Positions 40,430-50,030 of a stretch of 64,000 nucleotides of DNA are shown one piece after another. The stretch's first letter is position 1, and the number at the start of each line of letters is the position of its first letter. The notes beneath the pieces were generated by a model. That model was given only the letters and a program-made list of their open reading frames with translations. It did no database searches and was not told the DNA's origin. Both the position numbers and the translations under genes were made by a program. The DNA lies in assembly GCA_965200965.1 (NCBI GenBank), contig OZ241744.1, positions 2,432,001-2,496,000 on the forward strand, written 5' to 3'. Source of the stretch: an uncultured Candidatus Binatia bacterium. GTDB lineage: Bacteria > Desulfobacterota > Binatia > Bin18.

Positions 40430-40501
40430 TAGGCGCGGGCGGTATCGAACCGCCGACCTCTTCCGCGTCAAGGAAGCGCTCTCCCACTGAGCTACGCGCC
40501 T
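40430..40501 (-). tRNA. tRNA-Val(GAC)
   Basis: Cloverleaf aggcgcg/cgcgcct, anticodon arm cttcc-ttGACgc-ggaag, T arm GGTTCGATACC; CCA not encoded. Confidence 0.95.
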
Positions 40502-40561
40502 GTGAAATCGTCTCTTCTGCTTTCCTGAGGGTGCGCTATCCGGCGAGGAGAGGAACTGGGA

Positions 40562-41014
40562 TCAGGACTCAGCAGTGACCTCAACCTTGATATTTGCCCG
40601 CATTGCTCCGCCTAGATTGACCGGCACATCATACGATCCCACCTGCTTGATCGGCTCGTCAAGGAGAATTTTTCGTCGGTCAAGGCTGATCCCTTTCTCT
40701 TTGAGAGCCGCCTCAAGGTCAATATTCGTGACCGACCCGAACAACCTTCCTTCTTCTCCGGCCTTGGCCGGGATGCTGAGACTCAAGGCGGACAGGTGTT
40801 CAAGCAGCGCCTGGGCTTGGCGCTCGGCTCGTTCTTTTTTGCCTGCCACCAAGCGCTTGTGATGCTCAAGGACGCGGACATTGCGCCGATTTGCTTCAAC
40901 CGCCAGCCCTCGAGGCAGCAAATAGTTCCGCGCGTAGCCGTCTCGGACCTTGACAATATCGCCGATCTGCCCCAGATCGGCGACATCTTCCTGTAGAATA
41001 ATCTCCATAGCCAT
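40562..41014 (-). CDS. rplI: 50S ribosomal protein L9
   Basis: LGQIGDIVKVRDGYARNYLLPRG, RLFGSVT. Confidence 0.96.
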   Translation of the reverse strand: MAMEIILQEDVADLGQIGDIVKVRDGYARNYLLPRGLAVEANRRNVRVLEHHKRLVAGKKERAERQAQALLEHLSALSLSIPAKAGEEGRLFGSVTNIDLEAALKEKGISLDRRKILLDEPIKQVGSYDVPVNLGGAMRANIKVEVTAES

Positions 41015-41066
41015 TCCTGTTTACGGCAGTGTGCGCCAAAACACAAGGCGCGGCACCACCTGACGC

Positions 41067-41363
41067 TTACACCTGGGTTCTCACATACGGCAGCAGAGCA
41101 ATCGCCCGCGCCCGCTTGACGGCAGTTGTGAGCTTCCGCTGACACCAGGCACACGTTCCGGTAATGCGGCGGGGGATAATTTTGCCTCGCTCGGTGATGA
41201 GGTCCGCGAGGATATGGGTTTCCTTATAGTCAATCGGGAGGCTTTTGTCGGCACAGAACCGACACACTTTTCGTCGCAAGCGATGGCGGGCCGGGAACTT
41301 ATCGTCCCCGCGCTGGGCGCGGCGGAAACGCCCTCCGCCTCCTCTTGCTGGTGATCTTGCCAT
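41067..41363 (-). CDS. rpsR: 30S ribosomal protein S18 (Zn-binding type)
   Basis: [34 protein letters not shown]. Confidence 0.96.
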   Translation of the reverse strand: MARSPARGGGGRFRRAQRGDDKFPARHRLRRKVCRFCADKSLPIDYKETHILADLITERGKIIPRRITGTCAWCQRKLTTAVKRARAIALLPYVRTQV

Positions 41364-41386
41364 GCGCTGTTCTCCTCAGTGTCTTT

Positions 41387-41860
41387 TCAGTTTGTGGTCG
41401 GCGAGGGTGGCCCATCGCGCTGAGCCTGCTCATTCTGCCCAGTATCGGCCGGTGTGACCGCAGGCTCCTGGGCCGTCTGTTGGAGGACTGACCGGCCTGG
41501 CTCAGCGGCAGACTCAACACGAACTTCGGGCGGTGTCTCGGAGCGAGGCTGCGCGCTCGGTCGTCTGTCTGAAGCGGCTTTGCGCACGATGGACAGAAAC
41601 CGTATCACATCTTCGCTCAGCCGAAAGTTGCGTTCCAACTCGTGGAGCGCTACAGGTGTGGCCTCATATTCGAGGCGTACATAATAGCCCCTGCGTTGTT
41701 TCTGGATACGATAGGCCAGATCCCGCATGCCCCACTCTTCAACCTGGAACACCCTTCCCTGGCCATTCTCAACGAGCTGCTCCATCCAGGTCAGGACTTC
41801 CTTCACCCGAGCTTCAGCCAAGTCGGGATGCAGGATAGTGAGTGTTTCATAAATCGGCAT
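41387..41860 (-). CDS. rpsF: 30S ribosomal protein S6 with a long C-terminal tail
   Basis: YETLTILHPDL, WGMRDLAYRI, SEDVIRFL; GGAGG RBS. Confidence 0.94.
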   Translation of the reverse strand: MPIYETLTILHPDLAEARVKEVLTWMEQLVENGQGRVFQVEEWGMRDLAYRIQKQRRGYYVRLEYEATPVALHELERNFRLSEDVIRFLSIVRKAASDRRPSAQPRSETPPEVRVESAAEPGRSVLQQTAQEPAVTPADTGQNEQAQRDGPPSPTTN

Positions 41861-41951
41861 GCATTCCTCCGCTCCGTGCAGGGTGTATTTTTGCATAGCA
41901 TAGGGCAACAGGGGCAACAAGAGAGCAGGTTGAGGCCCAAGTCGGTCGGAC

Positions 41952-42530
41952 TTAGTCCCCAGAGCCGGCCCGATTAAACCCACTCATTGCCCGCTCCAGC
42001 CCTTGTGCGACGATCGCCTCAACCGCATCCGCGGCATGCTGCGCCACACAGAGCATAAACGCCCTCTCTTGCGCAGTAAAGCGACGCAAAATAAAATCTG
42101 TGACGGGTGCGGCGTCCTGAGCTCGTCCAATACCGATCTTCACCCGGGGAAAATCCTTACTGCCAAGTCCGTCAATGATCGAAGCCACCCCCCGGTTACC
42201 GCCAGCACCGCCCCCACCCCGCTTGATGCGAATCCGGCCCAGGGGCAGGTCAAGGTCATCGTGTACGACCAGGAAATCGGGGGCAGACAAACGATAACAC
42301 TCCCGAATCCGGCGCGTGGCTTGCCCACTGTTGTTCATATAGGTCTGGGGCTGGGCTAGCAGGACGGTCTGCTTATTGCGGCATCCCCGGCCGATCCGGG
42401 CCAGCAGCGGGCTGCCGACAAGCGGAATATGCCACCGTTCGGCCAGGATGTCGATAACCCAGAAGCCCAGATTGTGGCGGGTGTTGTGGTAGATCGGGCC
42501 TGGATTGCCCAAACCGATCAGCACGCGCAC
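41952..42530 (-). CDS. pth: Peptidyl-tRNA hydrolase
   Basis: GLGNPG..TRHNLGF, PQTYMNNSG, HDDLDL. Confidence 0.95.
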   Translation of the reverse strand: MRVLIGLGNPGPIYHNTRHNLGFWVIDILAERWHIPLVGSPLLARIGRGCRNKQTVLLAQPQTYMNNSGQATRRIRECYRLSAPDFLVVHDDLDLPLGRIRIKRGGGGAGGNRGVASIIDGLGSKDFPRVKIGIGRAQDAAPVTDFILRRFTAQERAFMLCVAQHAADAVEAIVAQGLERAMSGFNRAGSGD

Positions 42531-42547
42531 GATGTTCCTCTGGGCCG

Positions 42548-43183
42548 CTATTCGCTCACTCCAGCCGGCACATCGTCGGCTGGTGCCTCTTCGGTCGTTT
42601 CTTCTGCTGTCACCTGTGGCTGGCGGCGTATTTGGACAGCGACCACGGCGGTATGCGGATCGGTGAGGACCGTGACCTGCTCGGGCAGAGCCAAGTCTCC
42701 AACCCGAATCACATCGTTGACATCAAGTTCGGTCACATCAATCTCAACCGGGGAAGGGAGGTCACGCGGCAGACACTCAATGGCAATATCACGGACCATG
42801 GCCTGGAGCGTCCCACCAGTCGTGACGCCTTTAGCCCTGCCAGAGATATGGACAGGGATGGCGGTCTGGAGCGGCTTGCTCTCATCTACTTCAAAGAAGT
42901 CGGCGTGTAAGAACGCGCTGGTCACCGGATGGCGTTGAACTTCTTTGATCAAAACGAGCTTATCGTTCAATTCAGGGGCCGGGGACGCCAGTTTCAGCAG
43001 AGGCGCGCCCTGGATTTTCGACAGTTGGAGGCGAAACTCCTTGGCATCAACGCTGAGCGAGGTCGCCGCTCTGCCGGTGCCATAAAAGACGCCCGGCACT
43101 TTTCCCGCCCGCCGCATCTGAGCAGCGTGCTCTTTTCCTCTTGTTTGGCGCGTGTCAACCCTCAGTTGTACATTTTCCATCAT
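42548..43183 (-). CDS. rplY: 50S ribosomal protein L25/Ctc
   Basis: GKVPGVFYG, QRHPV..LHADF, GV..GG.L. Confidence 0.94.
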   Translation of the reverse strand: MMENVQLRVDTRQTRGKEHAAQMRRAGKVPGVFYGTGRAATSLSVDAKEFRLQLSKIQGAPLLKLASPAPELNDKLVLIKEVQRHPVTSAFLHADFFEVDESKPLQTAIPVHISGRAKGVTTGGTLQAMVRDIAIECLPRDLPSPVEIDVTELDVNDVIRVGDLALPEQVTVLTDPHTAVVAVQIRRQPQVTAEETTEEAPADDVPAGVSE

Positions 43184-43218
43184 GTCCTCGTTTTCTTGGT
43201 CTGTCGCATAGTACCCGC

Positions 43219-44190
43219 TTAAAACAGCGAGCTAATTGACTCCTCATTGTGGATGCGTCGAATGGCCTCTCCCATCAGCGGAGCGATTGACAGGACGCGA
43301 AGTTTGTCCAGATCGTGGGCCTCGAGCCGGAGCGGAATTGAGTTGGTGACCACGAGTTCCTCCAGGCTGGACTCCTCTATCCGTCTAATCGCCGGACCAG
43401 ACAACACAGCGTGCGTACAACAGGCAAAGACCGTCTCGGCTCCGGCCTCGTGCAGCGCAGAAGACGCAGCGGTCAGCGTCCCGGCGGTGTCCACCATGTC
43501 ATCGACAAGGACGGCAACCCGGCTGCTCACATCGCCGATGATGTGCATCTCGGCAACGTCACGGTTGGCGTTGGCCGACGGGCTCTCTTCACCCTCCTGA
43601 CCGCGCCGCTTGTCTATAATCGCCAAAGAGGCTCCGAGGCGCTTAGCAAACGCCCGAGCCCGTTCCACTCCACCGGCGTCTGGAGACACCACACAGATCT
43701 TCTCACGCCCGACCCGAGAACTCAGATATGGCACGAGCACGGGGGCCGAAAACAGGTTGTCAACCGGGATATTAAAGAAGCCCTGAATCTGCCCTGCGTG
43801 CAATTCTGCCGTCAGCACCCGCGAGGCCCCGGCGGTGGTGAGCAGGTCGGCCACCAATTTTGCGCTAATCGGCACGCGGGGGGCAACCTTTCGATCTTGA
43901 CGGGCGTAGCCGTAGTAGGGAATCACGGCGGTGATCCGGTTTGCCGAGGCGCGCTTGAACGCGTCAAGCATCAGCAGCAACTCCATGAGATGATCGTTGA
44001 CGGGAGTACACAAAGACTGCACCACAAAGACGTCGCCTCCCCGGACATTCTCGGTAATTTCAACCGAACTTTCACCATCGCTGAAGGTCCGAATATCAGC
44101 CGCCCCCAGACGCTCCGGCAGGCTGGCGCAGATTTCCTCAGCCAACGGCCGATTCGATCTCCCGGCGAAGATCTTGAGTACATCCCGCAT
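43219..44190 (-). CDS. prs: Ribose-phosphate pyrophosphokinase
   Basis: [37 protein letters not shown]. Confidence 0.97.
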   Translation of the reverse strand: MRDVLKIFAGRSNRPLAEEICASLPERLGAADIRTFSDGESSVEITENVRGGDVFVVQSLCTPVNDHLMELLLMLDAFKRASANRITAVIPYYGYARQDRKVAPRVPISAKLVADLLTTAGASRVLTAELHAGQIQGFFNIPVDNLFSAPVLVPYLSSRVGREKICVVSPDAGGVERARAFAKRLGASLAIIDKRRGQEGEESPSANANRDVAEMHIIGDVSSRVAVLVDDMVDTAGTLTAASSALHEAGAETVFACCTHAVLSGPAIRRIEESSLEELVVTNSIPLRLEAHDLDKLRVLSIAPLMGEAIRRIHNEESISSLF

Positions 44191-44223
44191 CGGATACCCC
44201 CTGTGAGAAAAGCCGTGCCGAAA

Positions 44224-44303
44224 AAGGTGAACGATTCTGAATCTCTTGTGTTATCGCAATTGCCTGTGGGGCCACCGCCTCAGGAAGATCTCATCGTTCG
44301 CCT
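44224..44303 (+). repeat. Palindromic MITE-like element, subfamily B (long form), just 3' of tRNA-Gln
   Basis: Termini aaggtgaacgat / atcgttcgcct; 80 bp; 3 bp from the tRNA 3' end. Confidence 0.8.
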
Positions 44304-44306
44304 GCA

Positions 44307-44380
44307 CTGGGGAGGCAGGACTCGAACCTGCGAATACCGGGGCCAAAACCCGGTGCCTTACCTGGCTTGGCTACTCCCCA
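44307..44380 (-). tRNA. tRNA-Gln(TTG)
   Basis: tggggag/ctcccca acceptor stem, ccggg-ttTTGgc-cccgg anticodon arm, GGTTCGAGTCC; typical ispE-tRNA-Gln-prs position. Confidence 0.95.
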
Positions 44381-44468
44381 CCAGTAATGATCTTCCACTC
44401 TCATTCTGAGCCGTTCAGCTAAAGGCCAGACACGGAAAAAGTCAAGGGGGAAGACCGTCCTGACAAGC

Positions 44469-45428
44469 TCAAACCGAGCGACCATCCTGTGGGTCACTGC
44501 GCGGCTCCTCAGCCAGGCATTCAACCACGAACACCTGGCCCTGGTGAGCCACGGTTCTGGCAAGGCTGTCCGCCGCGCGGTGGGCGGCCGCCCGGTGGCC
44601 GAACAGCCCGAAGACGGTCGACCCACTCCCGGACATCAGCGCCACCTCGGCCCGGGCAGCCAGGAGCCTGTTTTTGAGGTCTTGAAGGAGGGGATGGGCT
44701 GGAAGGACGGCCCGCTCAAGATCGTTGACACAAGCGGCCGGCGACGGCCAGCCATCTGCCAAGACAGCGATCGTTGGAGACGGGCCGTCAGCGGTCGCCC
44801 CGAGCATCTGGTCAAAACGCCGATAGGCCCACGCTGTGGAGACGCCAAAAGCCGGAACGATCAGGACCAGCCAGCGCTTCCCGGCCAACCTGACCGGCCT
44901 CAACTCCTCGCCGATCCCCGTCACCCGGGCCGGCCGACACGGAATGAAAAACGGCACATCCGCACCCAAACGCAGCCCCAGTTCGCACAGTCGCTGCTCG
45001 GTCCAGCCAAGCCGCAGCAGGATGTTGAGCCCTTTCAGGACCGCCGCGGCATCGCTGCTTCCACCGCCCAAGCCAGCCCCGACCGGAATGCGTTTTCTCA
45101 GACGGAGCGAGAGACGGGCGGCGAGCCCGGCTTCCTGACACAGCAGCAAGGCGGCGCGATAGGCCAGATTGGTCTCGTCGCTCGGAAGACATGGAGTATC
45201 GCAACTCAGGCGAATCTGTGCCGGGCGGGCGGCTGAGACCATAAAAGGTGTATCGTCTTGCCTTCCTCTCGACCGGATAAGACGCTTCACCTTATCGTCC
45301 AGCCGTATCCGAATCTCGTCGCACAGGCTGACCGGCAGCATGAGAGAATTGAGCCGGTGATACCCGTCTTCCCGCCGGCCCACAATATGCAAAAACAGGT
45401 TGACTTTGGCTGGAGCAAGAACCCGCAT
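44469..45428 (-). CDS. ispE: 4-diphosphocytidyl-2-C-methyl-D-erythritol kinase
   Basis: APAKVNLFLHI, KRIPVGAGLGGGSSDAA, LGADVPFF, MSGSGSTVF. Confidence 0.95.
   Translation of the reverse strand: MRVLAPAKVNLFLHIVGRREDGYHRLNSLMLPVSLCDEIRIRLDDKVKRLIRSRGRQDDTPFMVSAARPAQIRLSCDTPCLPSDETNLAYRAALLLCQEAGLAARLSLRLRKRIPVGAGLGGGSSDAAAVLKGLNILLRLGWTEQRLCELGLRLGADVPFFIPCRPARVTGIGEELRPVRLAGKRWLVLIVPAFGVSTAWAYRRFDQMLGATADGPSPTIAVLADGWPSPAACVNDLERAVLPAHPLLQDLKNRLLAARAEVALMSGSGSTVFGLFGHRAAAHRAADSLARTVAHQGQVFVVECLAEEPRSDPQDGRSV
45245..45293 (+). repeat. Palindromic element, subfamily A, inserted in frame in ispE
   Basis: aaggtgtatcgtcttgccttcctctcgaccggataagacgcttcacctt; 43/49 identical to the reverse complement of 58762-58810. 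Confidence 0.9.
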
Positions 45429-45476
45429 AGGCCCTGTTGTTGCAGGCTCCGGCCACCTATGCAACAAGGTGACAGT

Positions 45477-46325
45477 ATGCACACCAACTCCTGGCACAAC
45501 GATCTCGACCACTACCTCGGCATTGCTCAAGAAGTCGCACGGCAGGCGGGATCCCTGCTCAAAGACAACTGGCTTAGGACCAAAACGGTTGAAATCAAAA
45601 CGGATATAGTTGACTTGGTCACCAATGTTGACAGAGCAGCCGATGCGCTGATTACCGAAGCGCTCCACACCCGTCTTCCAGACCATCAAGTCTTGGCCGA
45701 AGAATCAGCCCTGTCAGGACCCGCCAGCCCGTATCGGTGGTATATTGACCCGCTGGACGGCACCACAAACTTTGCCCACACTTTTCCGCATTTTGCCGTT
45801 TCCCTCGGACTGACCTACGAGTCACACCCGATCGTCGGGGTGGTCTATGACCCGCTTCGGGACGAACTCTTCTGCGCCCGCCGGGGCACAGGGGCAAGCC
45901 TCAACGGCCGCCCCATACAGGTCTCTTCCATTCCATCCCTTGACCGCAGCATGCTGCTGACCGGCTTCCCGTATGATCGACGTCAGCGCAGCCAATTCTA
46001 TCTCAGCTTCTACCAGGCCTTTATGCTGCACACCCAAGGCATACGACGCAGCGGCTCGGCCGCTCTTGATCTGTGTTATACGGCCTGTGGTCGCGCCGAC
46101 GGCTTTTGGGAGTGGCGTTTATACCCCTGGGATAGTGCAGCCGGTGCCCTGATTGTTGAAGAAGCCGGTGGGCGGATGAGCGACTTCGGGGGGGAGACCT
46201 TCGAGCTAGCCGGGGAGCAACTCCTGGCGTCCAACGGAAAAATTCATCGGGCGCTCATTGAGGTCCTCCAGCATGTCCTGTCCACCTCATATGAGCGACC
46301 CGAGGCGGCGGGGCAGGACGGCTGA
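45477..46325 (+). CDS. suhB: Inositol monophosphatase family protein
   Basis: DLVTNVD, AEE, IDPLDGTTNFAH, GSAALDLC, PWDSAAG. Confidence 0.92.
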   Translation: MHTNSWHNDLDHYLGIAQEVARQAGSLLKDNWLRTKTVEIKTDIVDLVTNVDRAADALITEALHTRLPDHQVLAEESALSGPASPYRWYIDPLDGTTNFAHTFPHFAVSLGLTYESHPIVGVVYDPLRDELFCARRGTGASLNGRPIQVSSIPSLDRSMLLTGFPYDRRQRSQFYLSFYQAFMLHTQGIRRSGSAALDLCYTACGRADGFWEWRLYPWDSAAGALIVEEAGGRMSDFGGETFELAGEQLLASNGKIHRALIEVLQHVLSTSYERPEAAGQDG

Positions 46326-46337
46326 GGCTCCCCGCTT

Positions 46338-47350
46338 CTACAGGCCGAAAAACTGCTGAGCGTTCTGGCCAAGAATCTTACCCACCGTCAATGCAGGCAG
46401 GCCCGAGAGGAGCTCACGGGCCTTGCGGATTGGCCGGGTGAACCCCTCCGCGTGGGGATAGTCCGAGCCGACAAAGAAGCGGCTATCGCCGGCGAAGCGG
46501 ACCATCAGCGGAAACATCTTTTCTTCCGGGTCGCCATTGACCCGGATATTCCGTGCAAAATACCCGTTGGCCGAACGCTTCATCTGCGAGGTGTGGCCGG
46601 TATCATAGACCATCGTCGTCAGCGCCATACGCGGGTCCTGGATAACATTCATGGTGACAAACATGAAGCCGGGGTCTTGGCCTCGATACCACTCGCTGCC
46701 GGTATAGTGCGGATGCCCGACCAGATGAATGCCGACACTCAGGTCAAGGTCCTGTACAGCCGCCCAGATGGGGTCAAAGTCTGGATGGCCAAAGCTGCGC
46801 CCGCCTGCCGGTGCGGCCGCCGCAAAGATCGTTCGCCACCCGAGCTTGGCCGCCCGTTCCAGCTCAGCAACGGCCAGCCCGGGGTCTCGCAAAGAGATAT
46901 GGGCGGCCGGAAAGAGGCGGTCTTTGTGCGCGGCGCATAGCTCGAACGCCCAGGTATTGCAGGCCCGACACAGGGCGTCGGCCAAAGGCGGGTCCTCAAC
47001 CCCGCCTTCCCACAACAGGCCGAGGGTGGGATACACGACCTGGCAGTCAATACCCTCGCTATACAGAAACCGGACTCGGGCGTCCATATCCTGCCATTGA
47101 CTGTTGCTTACCAAATACCGGCCAAGGTACTGAGGTCCCGGCCGGCTTCCTGTTGTCCATAGCCGACAACCGCGGCCAGCAGGGTATTCACATCAACGAG
47201 TTGCAGGGGCCGACCATCGGTCAGCAGCCGCGGCCGACCCCCGGCGTCTTTCTCGACCCGCGTCTCGTGGCCGCGGAAGGCCGGGTCAATATACTCTTCA
47301 AACAGATTCAGTGGTTCAACGAAATGACTGTCACCATCAATGACCGGCCT
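46338..47350 (-). pseudogene. Amidohydrolase_2-family pseudogene
   Basis: N-terminal piece IDGDSHFVEP (no start codon after the GAGGAGG RBS), frameshift near 47110, then EGIDCQVVYPT...GSDYPHAEG; apparent internal deletion after MVYD. Confidence 0.75.
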
Positions 47351-47368
47351 ACCTCGCCTCCTCGTTTG

Positions 47369-48643
47369 CTAACTGGTCTGGAGAGCCAACCGGGGAGCCG
47401 CAGCTGGCGCTTCGCGTTTGGGCGACGGCAGGGTAAGGGCCAAAATCGCAGCAATCATGCCGGTTATCGTACTGGTCAGGAACGGAGCCGCATAACTGCC
47501 AAACGAGGTGTGCATCATCCCACCCATGAGCCCCCCGGAGCCCATACCAACCGAGGCCACCATGAAAAAGACACCCAAAATTGTGCCGATTGAGCGGATG
47601 CCAAAATACTCGCGAAACAACATCGCATAGACCGGCATCGGTCCGCCATAGCCCAGGCCGAACAGCACCGCCCAGGTATAAAACGTCGGGGCGGTCCGGG
47701 CTTCAATAAACAGCGGAATCATGATCGCCTGGAGCCCTAAAAATCCGGCCATCGCCCACTTGGCCCCAATCCGGTCGGCCAGCAAACCATTAGCAATCTT
47801 CCCAGCCATGCCAAAGATGGCCATGATCGCAACCACCCGGGCGGCGGCCGAGGCGGCCAGTCCGGTATCGGTCATGTGGCTCACGCCGTGCAGCAGAATG
47901 CACGAGTGACACACGCAGCAGCCGAGGACCATGAAATTCAGCGTCCAAAAGGCGCGCGTCCGCCTCGCCTCGCCGAGGCTCAGGCCCGGCAGCCGGGTCG
48001 GGGTCGACGACGCCTGCTGACCTGCTCCAGGCTCTTGACCGGCCCGATAATCCCGCATGAGCAGGGCCAGCGGAATGATGAGCAGGGCGATCAGGCCCAT
48101 CCCGACATAGGCCCCCCGCCAGCCATAGGCGGTCAACAGGACAACCGACAGCGGGGCAAAGACCGCCGAGCCTACATTCTGAGACTGGGCAATCGCCAAG
48201 GCCAAACCCTGATTGCGCACAAACCACTTTGTAACCAGGGCGGTGAGCGGAACGCCGGCGGCCGAGCGACCGGCCGCGATGAGCACGCCAAAAAAGAAAT
48301 ATAGCTGCCACAAGGCTTCGATCTGACTCATCAGAAAGGTGCCGACAATAAAAACAATCCCACCGCCAATCATCACCCAGCGTGAGCCAAAGCGGTCGCT
48401 GAGCACGCCACACAGCAGACCGGCCAAGCCAAAACTCAGCCAGTTGATCATTGAGGCGATCGAGACCGTCCCCCGGTCCCACTGAAACTCGGCCACAATC
48501 GGCTTAAACATCACGCCGAAGGCTTCAATCACTCCGTACATAATCAGGCTCAACACCAAGCCGGCAAAAACAATCACCCAGCCGTAGAAAAATCCTCCCG
48601 CCCGGTCTTGGTCCGTTTGCTGCCTGGCTGCGATCTTCTCCAT
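47369..48643 (-). CDS. MFS transporter
   Basis: ~12 hydrophobic segments; GVLSDRFGSR and GLLADRIG motifs. Confidence 0.92.
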   Translation of the reverse strand: MEKIAARQQTDQDRAGGFFYGWVIVFAGLVLSLIMYGVIEAFGVMFKPIVAEFQWDRGTVSIASMINWLSFGLAGLLCGVLSDRFGSRWVMIGGGIVFIVGTFLMSQIEALWQLYFFFGVLIAAGRSAAGVPLTALVTKWFVRNQGLALAIAQSQNVGSAVFAPLSVVLLTAYGWRGAYVGMGLIALLIIPLALLMRDYRAGQEPGAGQQASSTPTRLPGLSLGEARRTRAFWTLNFMVLGCCVCHSCILLHGVSHMTDTGLAASAAARVVAIMAIFGMAGKIANGLLADRIGAKWAMAGFLGLQAIMIPLFIEARTAPTFYTWAVLFGLGYGGPMPVYAMLFREYFGIRSIGTILGVFFMVASVGMGSGGLMGGMMHTSFGSYAAPFLTSTITGMIAAILALTLPSPKREAPAAAPRLALQTS

Positions 48644-48714
48644 TAGCCCTCCCTGTGGTCCGGCAACGCCGGTATGCTCCCGTCTCGCTCGCCCTCCCGC
48701 ATAGCAGTCGGTCC

Positions 48715-48809
48715 TGCGAAAAGGCCGTGCCCTTCATCCATTCCAGAACCGCCTCCTGCCCGTCCAGCAGATGGGGATAAATCGTCTCCCACACCTCACC
48801 CGGAATCAT
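48715..48809 (-). pseudogene. Fragment resembling trans-aconitate methyltransferase
   Basis: VWETIYPHLLDGQEAVLEWMKGTA resembles the Tam C-terminal region; the rest is absent. Confidence 0.5.
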
Positions 48810-48898
48810 TGCTCCAATCGCCGGGCGATGCAATGCTCCGTCTTTTCTTGTCTTTTTGTGGCGCGGCTGAGCACTGAGAGCCGTGTGAGGAAGCAAAC

Positions 48899-49304
48899 AT
48901 GGGCCGCGATCTGGATGATATCCGTATTCTCGACCTGACACACTTCCATAACGGTCCCTACTCAACCCTGGTTCTGAGCTTCCTGGACGCAGAAGTGATC
49001 AAACTCGAACCGCCGGGCAAAGGCGAGCGGGCGCGGATGATCTTTCCTATACGGGGCGGTCAAAGAGGTGGAGGAGTTTCTGACCGATCCGCATATCCGT
49101 GAGCGTGGCCTGTTGCAAGACCTTCAGCATCCACAGGCCGGCCGGATGGCTGTTCTCGGCTCTCCCTGGCGGCTGAACAATGAGCACCCGTCGCTTGATT
49201 CCCCGAGTCCGGGTCCCTGCCAGCGCAATGCGCTGATCTACGGCCGGCTGCCGGGTCTGGCCGAAGACGAGATGCAGACCCTTCGGGAGCAGGGCGTGAG
49301 CTGA
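48899..49304 (+). pseudogene. CaiB/BaiF CoA-transferase with most of its interior deleted
   Basis: N-terminus LDDIRILDLT..GPY..AEVIKLEPP joined out of frame to the C-terminus DPHIRERG..HPQAG..GSPWRL..LREQGV; only ~400 bp. Confidence 0.85.
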
Positions 49305-49344
49305 GCAGCTTGCCTCGCCCGGCCCGGTTTCCTGTCCTGAACCC

Positions 49345-50018
49345 ATGACAGCCACGAACGCACTTCCCGTCGGCCCTCAGTCGCCCGCAGCGGTTCAACT
49401 CCTGCGCCGGGTCTTTCGTCCGATTCCGTTCCTGCACGACTGTGCCCGGTGTTACGGCACCTGTTTTACGATGCGTTTAACTCCAGAATCCGCCGTTTGT
49501 GCTGTTCAGCGCGCCCGAGGCGGTTAAGGAGATATTCACCGGCGACCCCGAACAACTCCCGGCCGGCAAAACGCGTGAGATCATGCGGCCCCTGGTCGGT
49601 CAGCATTCCCTGTATCCCTCAGCTTGACTATCTGGACGCCACGATCAGAGAAACCCAGCGCCTCCGCCCCATTGTGCCCCTCGTTGGACGGGTGTTGCCC
49701 GAACCGCTCCGCCTCGGCGGCCAGAACCGGCCGGCCGGCGTGGTGGTCGCCCCGTGCATCTATCTCACCCACCATCACCCGGATATCTGGCCCGAACCAC
49801 ACACCTTTGACCCGGACCGCTTCCTGGCCAAGCGGGTCAGTCCCTACGAATTCTTCCCGTTCGGCGGCGGGATTCGTCGCTGCATTGGTGCCGCCTTTGC
49901 GCTGTACGAGATGAAAATTGTCCTAGCTCAGGTGCTGACCGGGGGCGGGCCAGCGTGTGCGTCTGCGCCGACGCGGGATTACCTTTGCGCCGTTTCAGGG
50001 GAGGCCGGTCATTTGTGA
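49345..50018 (+). pseudogene. Cytochrome P450 pseudogene (frameshifts plus internal deletion)
   Basis: N-terminus LPVGP..RPIPFL..YG..F, then a jump to YLDATIRETQRLRP and FFPFGGGIRRCIG. Confidence 0.85.
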
Positions 50019-50030
50019 CGCGCTGGCGGC

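Noticed and set aside
41861-41951. S6:S18 ribosomal leader
   Set aside because: The position fits and CCC runs are present, but I could not establish the conserved stem by eye.
44224-44380. Prophage or island attachment site at tRNA-Gln or tRNA-Val
   Set aside because: No integrase and no duplicated tRNA 3' end in the window; the flanks are core genes.
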